Of a stretch of 64,000 bases of DNA, positions 20,288 to 29,607 are shown one piece after another (position 1 is the stretch's first letter; every line of letters begins with the position of its first letter). The position numbers were made by a program, and so were the translations under genes. The notes beneath the pieces were generated by a model that worked only from the letters and a program-made list of their open reading frames with translations, searched no databases and was not told the origin of the DNA. Source of the stretch: Gammaproteobacteria bacterium. Its GTDB lineage: Bacteria > Pseudomonadota > Gammaproteobacteria > Ga0077536. Location: assembly GCA_963662545.2 (NCBI GenBank), contig CAXXLL010000003.1, positions 672,001-736,000 of the forward strand, read 5' to 3'.

Positions 20288-22501
20288 GTGGCGCCCGCAC
20301 AGTCACCCCAGCCGTTCCCCGTGAGCGCCACCCCCCTTCCTATCGAGGCCCCGGCGCTCTGCATCGACGACCTGTGCCGTCGCAGCCGCTCCTACCTGTC
20401 AGTAGAGCAAATAAAACAGGTACGCCAGGCCTACCGCTTCAGCGCTGAGGCGCACGATGGGCAGGTCCGCAAGAGCGGCGAACCCTACATCCAGCATCCG
20501 CTGGCCGTCGCGAACATCCTCGCCGATATGCACATGGACCACGAAACCCTCGTGGCCGCGATGCTGCACGACGTCATCGAGGACACGGCGATCGTCGTCG
20601 ACCGAATTAGCGACGAGTTCGGCAGTGAGGTCGCCCAGATCGTCGATGGACTGAGTAAGCTGACCCAGATCGAAACCGAGTCACACGTCGAAGCCCAGGC
20701 TCAGAACTTTCAAAAAATGCTGATGGCGATGGCCGATGACATCCGCGTCATCCTGGTCAAGCTGGCCGATCGTCTGCACAACATGCGCACGCTAGGTGCG
20801 CTCGAAGCGGAGCAACGAAGGCGCATCGCCCGCGAAACGCTCGAGATCTATGCACCGATCGCACAGCGCCTCGGCATGAACGCCATCCGTCTCGAACTCG
20901 AAGACCTGGGCTTTCACGCGCTCTATCCCTTGCGTTCGCAGGTGCTGAGAAACGTCGTGCAGAAAATCCGTGGCAACCGCAAGGAAGTCATCACCAAGAT
21001 CCGGAACCGCATCAAGCGTTACCTCCGCCAGGAGAAACTCGTCGCGCACGTAGTCGGACGCGAGAAACATCTCTACAGCATCTATAAAAAGATGCGCGAG
21101 AAGCACCTGCATCTGGTCGAAGTAAACGATGTTTACGCCTTTCGCATCATCGTCGACTCGGTCGATACCTGCTACCGCACACTCGGAGTGATCCACGGTT
21201 TGTACAAGCCGGTGCCCGGCACCTTCAAGGATTACATCGCGATGTCCAAGGCCAACGGCTATCAGTCCCTGCACACTGTACTCTTCGGTCCGTTCGGCGT
21301 GCCTATCGAAATGCAGATCCGAACCAACGAGATGGACCAGGTCGCCGAAGCCGGCATCGCCGCACACTGGCTTTACAAAACCGGCGACAGCGCCGCCAAG
21401 AGTGCTCACAAGCGCGCGCGCGAATGGCTGCGTGGCGTGATCGAGATGCAGAAGCAGGCAGGCGATTCGCAGGAATTTCTGGAGAATGTGAAAGTCGACC
21501 TGTTTCCAGACGAAGTCTACGTGTTCACACCCAAAGGCAAGATCATGGAACTGCCGCGCGGGGCGACCGCCGTCGACCTCGCCTACGCCATTCACACCGA
21601 TCTCGGCAACACCTGTGTTGGCTGCCGCATAGACCGGCGGCTCGCGCCGCTCAGAACGCCACTCGATACCGGCCAGACGATCGAGATCGTCACCGCGCCC
21701 GGAGCGCGCCCGAACCCCACGTGGCTGAACTTCGTCGTCACCGGCAAGGCGCGCGCCAACATTCGCCACTTCCTCAAGAACCTACGACAAGACGAAGCGC
21801 GTACGCTCGGCAAGCGCATGCTAAACCGCGAACTCGAACACTTCGAAAGTTCGATCGAAAAGCTCGGTAAGCCGCGGCTCAAGGCAGCGCTCAAAAGCTT
21901 CAATTTGGCGACAATCGAAGACCTCCTGGCCGACATCGGCCTCGGCGTGCGTCCCGCGCCGCTCGTTGCACGCAGCTTGATCGGCAATACCCCGGATACG
22001 CCGAGCGCACGCGGCAAAAAGGGCCGTGGTGGCCGGACCAATCGCCGCGAGGCCCCCGGACCACTGCTCATTCACGGCACCGAGGGCATGGTGGTCACCA
22101 TTCCGAAGTGTTGTTATCCCATCCCGGGAGATCCGATCATGGGATCACTGACCGCCGGCCGCGGTATTGTCATCCACCATCCGTCATGCAAAAACGTGAT
22201 CAATTTCCGCAGCGCGCCCGACAAATGGGTGGACGTAGAATGGGCACCGGATCTCGATCGGGAATTCAGTGCGGAAATTGTGCTGGACGTCGTCAATCAG
22301 CGCGGTGTGCTCGCGACGGTGGCTGCGGCCTGTGCGGCTGAGAGCGCCAATATCGAAGGCATCGAACTCAGCGAACGCGACGAACACTATTCGAACATGC
22401 ACCTCATCATCGGCGTCAAGGACCGCACGCATCTGGCGAACGTACTGCGCGTTCTGAGAAACATCAAGACCGTGGTGCGCGTACACCGCAAGCGCGCCTG
22501 A
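20288..22501 (+). CDS. spoT: Bifunctional (p)ppGpp synthase/hydrolase SpoT
   Basis: RKSGEPYIQHP, intact LHDVIED, KLADRLHNMRTL, NGYQSLHT, TGS and ACT domains. GTG start uncertain. Confidence 0.96.
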   Translation: MAPAQSPQPFPVSATPLPIEAPALCIDDLCRRSRSYLSVEQIKQVRQAYRFSAEAHDGQVRKSGEPYIQHPLAVANILADMHMDHETLVAAMLHDVIEDTAIVVDRISDEFGSEVAQIVDGLSKLTQIETESHVEAQAQNFQKMLMAMADDIRVILVKLADRLHNMRTLGALEAEQRRRIARETLEIYAPIAQRLGMNAIRLELEDLGFHALYPLRSQVLRNVVQKIRGNRKEVITKIRNRIKRYLRQEKLVAHVVGREKHLYSIYKKMREKHLHLVEVNDVYAFRIIVDSVDTCYRTLGVIHGLYKPVPGTFKDYIAMSKANGYQSLHTVLFGPFGVPIEMQIRTNEMDQVAEAGIAAHWLYKTGDSAAKSAHKRAREWLRGVIEMQKQAGDSQEFLENVKVDLFPDEVYVFTPKGKIMELPRGATAVDLAYAIHTDLGNTCVGCRIDRRLAPLRTPLDTGQTIEIVTAPGARPNPTWLNFVVTGKARANIRHFLKNLRQDEARTLGKRMLNRELEHFESSIEKLGKPRLKAALKSFNLATIEDLLADIGLGVRPAPLVARSLIGNTPDTPSARGKKGRGGRTNRREAPGPLLIHGTEGMVVTIPKCCYPIPGDPIMGSLTAGRGIVIHHPSCKNVINFRSAPDKWVDVEWAPDLDREFSAEIVLDVVNQRGVLATVAAACAAESANIEGIELSERDEHYSNMHLIIGVKDRTHLANVLRVLRNIKTVVRVHRKRA

Positions 22502-22616
22502 ACGACATGAGACACGAGGTGATCTGGGCGACTCGAACTTGTTTCGCGAGCCGCAACCGGGTGGGCGCCTTTGATGCTCCTAAGGGCTGACGCCCGCACG
22601 ACCGCCGCCGAGCGCG

Positions 22617-24701
22617 ATGCCGGAAAAGATCATCCTCGACGACCCGGTTATCAAGCTCAACGGCGTCGGTCCCAAACTCGCTCAGACCCTTGAACGACTA
22701 AAGATCCTTCGCGTCGGCGATCTCCTGTTCCACCTGCCTCTGCGTTATCAGGATCGCACCCGCCTGACGCCCATCGGCGCGCTCCGGATCTATCACGAAG
22801 CCCAGATCGAGGGCACCATCGAGGCGGCCCAGATCGTGTTTGGGCGACGGCGCTCGTTGGTCTGCCGGGTAAGCGACGGCACAGGCGCTCTTCACCTGCG
22901 CTTTTTTTACTTCAGCCGCTCGCAGCAAAACCGACTGGCGGCGGGCCGGCGGGTGCGCTGCTTCGGCGAGGCCCGCCGCGGCCCGAAGACGATCGAGATG
23001 ATCCACCCCGAATGGCAGGTCATCGACCTCGACGATCCGCCGCCGGTGGCCGAAGTACTGACGCCCATTTATCCGGCGACCGAAGGCTTGCACCAGCCGC
23101 GACTGCGCAAGCTCACCGATCAGGCGCTGGCGATCATGGACTCCTACGAGGTGGTCGACGAGTTGATACCCACCGGCATTATGGACAAGCTCGGCCTTCC
23201 CGGGCTGCACGAAGCCTTGCGATTCGTGCACCGCCCGCCGCCGGACGCATCGACCGAGCAACTCGCCGAATCCGTACACCCGGCACAGCGTCGACTCGTA
23301 TTCGAGGAACTCCTCGCGCATCAGATTAGCCTTAAACGGCTGCGCGAGAACGCGCGGGACTTTGCCGCGCCGAAGATCGCCGGCAGTAGCTTGCGCGCGC
23401 GCCTCTTCGAAGGTTTCGGATTCGATTTGACCCACGCGCAGCAACGCGTGATCGAGGAACTCGATCGCGATATTGCCAGTGGCGTGCCGATGCTGCGCCT
23501 GCTGCAGGGCGATGTCGGCGCGGGCAAGACCGCCGTCGCCGCGACCGTCGCGACCGTTCTGATCGAACACGGATATCAAGTCGCCCTGATGGCGCCGACC
23601 GAGCTCCTGGCCGAGCAACACGCGCGCAACCTGCAGCGCTGGTTTGAACCGCTGGATGTCGACGTCGTACTCCTGACCAGCCGTCTGACCAAGGCCGCCC
23701 GCGCGCCGCTGCTCGAGCGGCTCGCCAGCGATCGGCCGGCGCTCGCGATCGGCACGCATGCGCTTTTCCAAAGCGACGTCGCATACGGTCGCCTGGGGCT
23801 CATAATCGTCGATGAGCAGCACCGCTTCGGCGTCGATCAACGCCTGGCGCTCCGTGACAAAGGCGCCCGCGAGGGCTTTCGGCCGCATCAATTGATCATG
23901 ACCGCGACGCCGATCCCACGCACCCTGGCGATGACCGCCTACGCGGATCTCGACGTGTCCGTGCTCGACGAGTTGCCGCCCGGACGCAAGCCGGTGCGCA
24001 CGGCCGTCTTGCCCGAGACCCGGCGCCACGAGATCGTCGAACGCATCGCGGCCGCCTGCCGCGAAGGACGCCAAGTGTACTGGGTGTGCCCCCTGATCGA
24101 CGAATCCGAAGCACTCCAGTACCAGGCTGCGACCGATACCGCCGAGCAGCTCGCCGAAGCACTGCCGGACATTCGCATTGGCCTCGTGCACGGCCGCCTG
24201 CCGGAAAAGGACAAGGACGCCGCGATGGCCGCGTTCGTCCAAGGCAAGACCGCACTCCTCGTCGCTACCACCGTCGTCGAAGTTGGCGTGGACGTGCCGA
24301 ATGCAAGCCTCATGATCATCGAGAACGCCGAGCGCCTCGGTCTCTCGCAGCTCCATCAATTGCGCGGTCGCGTTGGCAGAGGCGGTCAGCAAGCCGACTG
24401 CCTGCTGTTGTACAAGGCGCCGCTGTCGCCGATGGCGAAGGAACGCCTGCAGGTGATGCGCGAAACTACAGACGGGTTCGTCATCGCCGATCGCGACCTG
24501 GCGCTGCGTGGGCCGGGCGAATTGCTCGGCACGCGTCAGGCCGGCGCTTCGCAGTTCCGAATCGCGGACCTGAGCCGCGACGCGGCGCTACTGTTGGACG
24601 TCCAGAAGACGGCCACCCAGCTTTTGTCAGATCATCCGGTAGCGGCCAGAGAGCTCATCGGCCGCTGGCTGGCCGAGCGCGTAGAATATGCCAACGTGTA
24701 A
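22617..24701 (+). CDS. recG: ATP-dependent DNA helicase RecG
   Basis: LLQGDVGAGKT, DEQHRFG, MTATPIPRTL, QLHQLRGRVGRG. Confidence 0.98.
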   Translation: MPEKIILDDPVIKLNGVGPKLAQTLERLKILRVGDLLFHLPLRYQDRTRLTPIGALRIYHEAQIEGTIEAAQIVFGRRRSLVCRVSDGTGALHLRFFYFSRSQQNRLAAGRRVRCFGEARRGPKTIEMIHPEWQVIDLDDPPPVAEVLTPIYPATEGLHQPRLRKLTDQALAIMDSYEVVDELIPTGIMDKLGLPGLHEALRFVHRPPPDASTEQLAESVHPAQRRLVFEELLAHQISLKRLRENARDFAAPKIAGSSLRARLFEGFGFDLTHAQQRVIEELDRDIASGVPMLRLLQGDVGAGKTAVAATVATVLIEHGYQVALMAPTELLAEQHARNLQRWFEPLDVDVVLLTSRLTKAARAPLLERLASDRPALAIGTHALFQSDVAYGRLGLIIVDEQHRFGVDQRLALRDKGAREGFRPHQLIMTATPIPRTLAMTAYADLDVSVLDELPPGRKPVRTAVLPETRRHEIVERIAAACREGRQVYWVCPLIDESEALQYQAATDTAEQLAEALPDIRIGLVHGRLPEKDKDAAMAAFVQGKTALLVATTVVEVGVDVPNASLMIIENAERLGLSQLHQLRGRVGRGGQQADCLLLYKAPLSPMAKERLQVMRETTDGFVIADRDLALRGPGELLGTRQAGASQFRIADLSRDAALLLDVQKTATQLLSDHPVAARELIGRWLAERVEYANV

Positions 24702-24729
24702 CAGCCGGGTGACGTCAACCCGACAGTCT

Positions 24730-25620
24730 ATGCAACTAGACAAAGAACGAATCCTCGACCGTCTTACGCAGTACGCCCGCCTCGCCCGCATGCACCGTCC
24801 AATCGGGGTCCTGCTGCTCTTGTGGCCGATGTTGTGGGCGCTCTGGATCGCCGGCAGTGGTTCGCCGTCACTCAGAATTTTCCTGATCTTCGTCACCGGC
24901 ACTTTCCTCATGCGCTCCGCCGGCTGCGTCCTCAACGACTACGCCGACCGGAATTTCGATGGCCAGGTCGAACGCACCCGCGACCGACCGCTCGCCACCG
25001 GCGCGGTCACCAGCACCGAAGCGCTCGTCTTATTCGCCGTGTTAATCCTGATGGCGGGACTCCTGGTGCTGGCGACGAACCGCCTGACCATCGGGCTCGC
25101 GGTCGGCGGCGCACTGCTCGCCGTGACCTATCCCTTCTCCAAACGCTACACCTACCTGCCACAGCTTCACCTGGGAGCGGCTTTCGGTTGGGCCGTGCCG
25201 ATGGCCTTTGCCGCGGAGACGGGCGCACTGCCGCCGATGGCCTGGCTCATCTTCTGCGCCGCGGTGTTATGGGCCATGATCTACGACACCGAATACGCCA
25301 TGGTCGATCGCGACGACGACATCCGCCTCGGCATCAAATCAACTGCGATCCTGTTCGATGACTCCGATCGACTGATCATCGGTATCCTGCAGTCAATGAT
25401 GATGGTCAATCTCATCTTGATCGGACAGCAGGTGGATCTTCGCTGGCCGTTCTATCTCTGCCTCTTGATCGGCGCCGGCCTGTTCGTCCGCCAGCAATTT
25501 CTGATCTACGATCGCAACCGCGAAGGCTGCTTTGCGGCTTTCATGAACAACAATTGGGTCGGCGGAGCCATTTTCGCCGGTATCGTGGTGAGTTTTCAGT
25601 ACTATCCGCCGGCGCATTGA
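24730..25620 (+). CDS. ubiA: 4-hydroxybenzoate polyprenyltransferase
   Basis: RMHRPIG, MRSAGCVLNDYADRNFDG, YDTEYAMVDRDDD. Confidence 0.96.
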   Translation: MQLDKERILDRLTQYARLARMHRPIGVLLLLWPMLWALWIAGSGSPSLRIFLIFVTGTFLMRSAGCVLNDYADRNFDGQVERTRDRPLATGAVTSTEALVLFAVLILMAGLLVLATNRLTIGLAVGGALLAVTYPFSKRYTYLPQLHLGAAFGWAVPMAFAAETGALPPMAWLIFCAAVLWAMIYDTEYAMVDRDDDIRLGIKSTAILFDDSDRLIIGILQSMMMVNLILIGQQVDLRWPFYLCLLIGAGLFVRQQFLIYDRNREGCFAAFMNNNWVGGAIFAGIVVSFQYYPPAH

Positions 25621-25789
25621 TGTGCGATTTCAAGGCCATGCGCCCGCTGAGATGCCACACAAGCAGTGTGTGTACTCGCGTTATGTTCGCGCGGGGAATT
25701 GAATTTTCGAGCACCGTCATCGACAATTGTAACCAAGCTGCCTGGTGAGATATCCGGGCGGAACCAAAGAGTAAGGGGAGGAAATCATC

Positions 25790-25885
25790 ATGAACCCACT
25801 GGACAGCATTGCCGGGACTATCGTTTCCGGTTTCATACTCGCCATCATCCTGGCCTACGTGGTCAAGGCCATCGCCGGGGCCTGA
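25790..25885 (+). CDS. Small single-pass membrane protein (31 aa), absent from the ORF track
   Basis: MNPLDSIAGTIVSGFILAIILAYVVKAIAGA; SD GGGGAGG; GC-ending codons like host genes. Confidence 0.75.
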   Translation: MNPLDSIAGTIVSGFILAIILAYVVKAIAGA

Positions 25886-25930
25886 GCCCGAGGCGAACCG
25901 TACGACAACGAATAAGGGAGAGAGGAAACC

Positions 25931-26446
25931 ATGGAAATCATGATGATCGACCGCTGGTTGCACATCATCGCCGGCGTACTTTGGATAGGCTTGCTTTACT
26001 ACTTTAATTTCGTGCAGGCGCCCGCGCAGGCCGCGGCCCTCGCAGACAAGGACGGGCCAGGACCCGCCGCGATCGGCAAATACATCGCGCCCCGCGCCCT
26101 GCTCTGGTTCCGCTGGGCCGCACTCGCTACCTGGGTGACCGGCGCCTATTATCTGGAAGCCGCGCCGCAGTATTCACTGGTCGGCGCATTCTCGCTCGGA
26201 ATCGGTGCCCACAATGTGGCCCTGAGCAGCATCGGTATGGGCGCGTGGCTGGGCACCATCATGTTATTTAATGTCTGGGTCCTGATCTGGCCCAACCAGA
26301 AGAAGATACTCGGCATCGTCGAAGCCACCGACGAGGAGAAAGGCAAGGCGAAGCGCATCGCCTTCCTCGCGTCGCGCTCGAACACCTTGATGTCGATACC
26401 GGTGCTGCTGTTCATGCAGGCCGGTGGGCACGGCATGCCGTTTTGA
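25931..26446 (+). CDS. PuuD / urate-oxidase N-terminal domain-like membrane protein, with no cytochrome c domain
   Basis: RWLHIIAGVLWIGLLYYFNF, ALLWFRWAA, IMLFNVWVLIWPNQKK, SRSNTLMSIP; no CxxCH. Confidence 0.85.
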   Translation: MEIMMIDRWLHIIAGVLWIGLLYYFNFVQAPAQAAALADKDGPGPAAIGKYIAPRALLWFRWAALATWVTGAYYLEAAPQYSLVGAFSLGIGAHNVALSSIGMGAWLGTIMLFNVWVLIWPNQKKILGIVEATDEEKGKAKRIAFLASRSNTLMSIPVLLFMQAGGHGMPF

Positions 26447-26471
26447 AGTGACCCGAACGATTCATTGACCG

Positions 26472-26500
26472 AAAAGCCCGGCCACGCCGGGCTTTTTTTT
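26472..26500 (+). terminator. Rho-independent terminator
   Basis: AAAAGCCCGGC-CAC-GCCGGGC followed by T8. Confidence 0.92.
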
Positions 26501-26614
26501 GCGCGAAACCGCCCTAAGCCCTATGGTCATGGCATTCACCAAGTATGGGAATAGACAGACGCTGCTTATTACCCTAATTAAAAGTTCATAAGTCTGATTA
26601 CTTAGGAGGTCGAA

Positions 26615-27432
26615 GTGAAACACCCACTGGACTTTACAGATAAAGCTGTCGTCGTAATCGGTGGAACTAGCGGTATCAATTTGGGTGTAGCAGAAGCCTT
26701 CGCTGCAAAAGGCGCGCGAGTCGCCGTAGCGAGCCGCTCGCAGGACAAGGTAGACGCTGCTGTCGAGAAACTGTCGGGCTATGGTGGTGAAGCCATAGGA
26801 TTTAGTGCCGATGTGAGAGACGTCGAAGCGGTCGAGGCTACATTACTAGCTGTGCACGAAGCATTTGGTGCTACGGATGTGCTGGTGTCAGGCGCGGCCG
26901 GAAATTTTCCGGCGCCAGCGCTTGGTATGTCGGCGAACGGTTTCAAATCGGTCGTCGACATTGACCTTCGCGGTACATTTCACGTATTGCATTCGGCGCA
27001 TCCCTACTTGATTAAGCCTGGTGCTTCGATCATCAATATTTCCGCGCCGCAGGCTTTTGTCCCGATGGAACTCCAGGTTCACGTCTGTGCCGCAAAGGCT
27101 GGCGTCGATATGGTCACGCGAGTTCTAGCAATGGAGTGGGGGCCTCAAGGCATACGGGTCAATTCCGTGGTACCCGGACCAATCGATTATCAGAGGGTAT
27201 GAGACGGCTTTCCCCAACCCCCGAGCTGCAGCAAGCCGTGACCGATTCAGTACCGCTAGGACGCTGGGGTACATCGATGGACATTGCTAATACTGTTATG
27301 TTCTTGGCTTCTCCACTGGCGGAATATATTACCGGGGCTGTGATACCTGTCGATGGCGGTTGGTCGCTAGGAAGCGTAAGCGTATTCGGTGACAGCATGG
27401 CGAAATTTGCCGCGCAACAGCAGACCGATTAA
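26615..27432 (+). pseudogene. Frameshifted SDR oxidoreductase (2,4-dienoyl-CoA reductase-like)
   Basis: GGTSGING-like NAD(P) motif (GGTSGINLG), [14 protein letters not shown]. Reads PGPID then stops at 27200-27202; the remainder (SEGMRRL...PVDGG) lies in the -1 frame. Confidence 0.82.
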
Positions 27433-27731
27433 ATCACAAAGGTTTTGCATCACGTTCATCAGAATATGATTTTGATACCCTATCGAATACCGACTTATTG
27501 CGGCTGATTGCTGAGCTCCAACGAGTGTTCCGAGCAGAGGAAGAGGCATATAATCAATAGTGAGCGCGCCTCATGGAAGGACGATAGTTCTGGTTCCCCC
27601 CGGCTCCGAAATTTTTCTGCAGGCTCGCTAGGTATCTTCAAAACCTTGTCAACAAGTGGCAAACCCCTATCGATTAATTTGTGCGTCTGGTTATTCGATA
27701 GTGTCAATTGATCAACGCACATAGGTGAGAA

Positions 27732-28013
27732 ATGGATATGAATATATATGTCGGAAATCTGTCTTATGGAGTCACGGAAGATGAGCTTCAGCAGCTATTT
27801 GGAGAATACGGCTCTGTGGTGAGCGCAAATTTAATCATGGACAGGGATACTGGAAATTCTAAAGGTTTTGGATTTGTCGAGATGGAAAATCAAGCCGATG
27901 CTGAAAAAGCAATAAAGGAATTGGATGGAAGTTCGGTCAAAGGCAGAAATATCAAAGTCAATCAAGCTCGCCCTAGGAATGACAAATCCCGACCTAAGCG
28001 GAACAATTGGTAA
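27732..28013 (+). CDS. RRM-domain RNA-binding protein
   Basis: RNP2 IYVGNL, RNP1 KGFGFVEM, IKVNQARPR; AT-rich codons. Start may be 27738. Confidence 0.95.
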   Translation: MDMNIYVGNLSYGVTEDELQQLFGEYGSVVSANLIMDRDTGNSKGFGFVEMENQADAEKAIKELDGSSVKGRNIKVNQARPRNDKSRPKRNNW

Positions 28014-28049
28014 TGTTGGAACTTCGATGAGACGTGTTGATCCCGGGCG

Positions 28050-29165
28050 TCAGTCAGGCGTGACGGCCGCAGCGAAGCTGGGCGCGTCCGGTTCGAGATA
28101 GCGACGGGCGCGTTCCGTCGCCTCGGCGATCTCCCTTTCCTCAAGGCCCGGCGCCAGTGCTGCGAGGTTGTCGCGGGCGAGTCGATGCCCGGCATCGTCT
28201 GCCGCGATAAACAGCGCATAGGCCTCGACCGGATCCTTTTCGACCCCGATACCCTCGGTGTATAGATAGGCAAGATTGATCCGGGCGTCACCGCTGCCGC
28301 TTGCGGCCGCGCGTCGATACCATTCGACCGCGCGTAATATGTCACGCTGCCAGCCCTGCCCTGCTTCGTACAACATAGCGAGGCTCAACTGCGCACTCAC
28401 TAGCCCCGCGTTCGCCGCGGTCTCGTACAAGGTATTCGCCTGGTCCAGGTCACGCGTGACACCGCGTCCAAGGCGGTACAGCCGCGCCAGATTGTAAGCG
28501 GCTTCCACGTGCCCGCGGTCGGCGGCCTTGCGATACCATTCGGCCGCCTTCAGAAACGACTGCAGACATCCCTGCCCTTTTTCATACATGAGGCCCAGGG
28601 CGAAGGCAGCGCCGCCCATGCCGTGGTCCGCCGCCTTGCTAAACCAGCCAAAGGCGTTGCGTTCGTTTCTCGTTACGCCTTTGCCGAGGTAATACATCCG
28701 GCCGAGTCGAAGCTGAATCTCCGCATCGCCTTCTTCGGCGTAGCGATGCACGCGCGCCAACGCGCCGTCGTTGCCGCGCGCCGCCGATGTACCGAACCAG
28801 AGGCGGGCCGTGGCGACATCGCGCTCGACACCGCGTCCATTGTCGTACATCAGCGCGAGATTGTACTGCGCCTTTGCGTAACCCTTTTCCGCGCTCTTGC
28901 GATACCACTCAAAGGCAGCCGCATCGTCCTGTTCGACGCCTTCGCCGTTGTCGTGCATGAGACCCATAGCGAACTGCGCGCGCACGTCGCCGGCCGTGGC
29001 GAGCCTCGAAAACTCACGGCTGGCGGCCTCAAAATCGGCCCTTTTGTAGGCCGCGATGCCCGCGCCGAAATCAGCGGCGGATGTCGACGAAAAGCTTATC
29101 AGCACCAGTATAATCAGTGCGTTTTCACGGACGATTAGGGATCTCATGGTCATGCTTATCGGCAC
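28050..29165 (-). CDS. Exported Sel1-like repeat protein
   Basis: Repeated AQYNLALMYDNGRGV / WYRKAA units after a signal peptide; start uncertain. Confidence 0.92.
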   Translation of the reverse strand: MPISMTMRSLIVRENALIILVLISFSSTSAADFGAGIAAYKRADFEAASREFSRLATAGDVRAQFAMGLMHDNGEGVEQDDAAAFEWYRKSAEKGYAKAQYNLALMYDNGRGVERDVATARLWFGTSAARGNDGALARVHRYAEEGDAEIQLRLGRMYYLGKGVTRNERNAFGWFSKAADHGMGGAAFALGLMYEKGQGCLQSFLKAAEWYRKAADRGHVEAAYNLARLYRLGRGVTRDLDQANTLYETAANAGLVSAQLSLAMLYEAGQGWQRDILRAVEWYRRAAASGSGDARINLAYLYTEGIGVEKDPVEAYALFIAADDAGHRLARDNLAALAPGLEEREIAEATERARRYLEPDAPSFAAAVTPD

Positions 29166-29207
29166 CGCAGGCCTGTCACTGGAGCCGCCCGGTCCGTAAT
29201 CTCAGTG

Positions 29208-29582
29208 ATGGCGGATTCGGCAGGCAAGCGACACGCTTACCGCGTTCTCGCCTGGGGCGGGGCGGCCGCGGTTCTCGTCGCTTCTATCGTACCGCCACCG
29301 GCTCCGGTGGTGGCGGCGCCGCTCGGCTTCGACAAGCTCGTCCATGCCGCGAGCTACGCGGTCCTCATGTTCTGTTTCGGCCGGGCTTACGCGCGGCCGT
29401 CGTGGCTTCGAGCGGCGGCGCTTTTAACTTGTTACGGCGTACTCATTGAACTTCTGCAACAATTCTCGCCCGCGCGCTGTGCCTCGGCCGCCGACGCGCT
29501 CGCCAATCTGATCGGAATCTCGATTATGCTGGGCATGCTATATCGCGGAGAACGTGAATCGCCCCGAACCCCGCCCGTGTAA
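29208..29582 (+). CDS. VanZ family membrane protein
   Basis: DKLVHAASYAVL, GVLIELLQ, DALANLIG. Confidence 0.85.
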   Translation: MADSAGKRHAYRVLAWGGAAAVLVASIVPPPAPVVAAPLGFDKLVHAASYAVLMFCFGRAYARPSWLRAAALLTCYGVLIELLQQFSPARCASAADALANLIGISIMLGMLYRGERESPRTPPV

Positions 29583-29607
29583 CACGATCAGAGGAACCCC
29601 ATCTCGA

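Noticed and set aside
22560-22600. Hairpin with TGATG...CTGA (box C/D-like) between spoT and recG
   Set aside because: Single short instance with no array or partner gene; compatible with chance.
22698-24392. 564-aa antisense ORF over recG (and similar ones opposite spoT, gltA, dacB and the amidase)
   Set aside because: Shadow ORFs expected from GC-rich codon bias; no recognisable motifs and fully overlapping well-conserved genes.
25883-25930. Stop-codon readthrough or selenocysteine joining the 31-aa ORF to the PuuD-like gene
   Set aside because: A second in-frame stop (TAA 25913-25915) follows the TGA, and the downstream gene has its own SD.
27495-27722. Short ORFs on both strands upstream of the RRM gene
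   Set aside because: No recognisable motifs or SD; more likely promoter/leader DNA.
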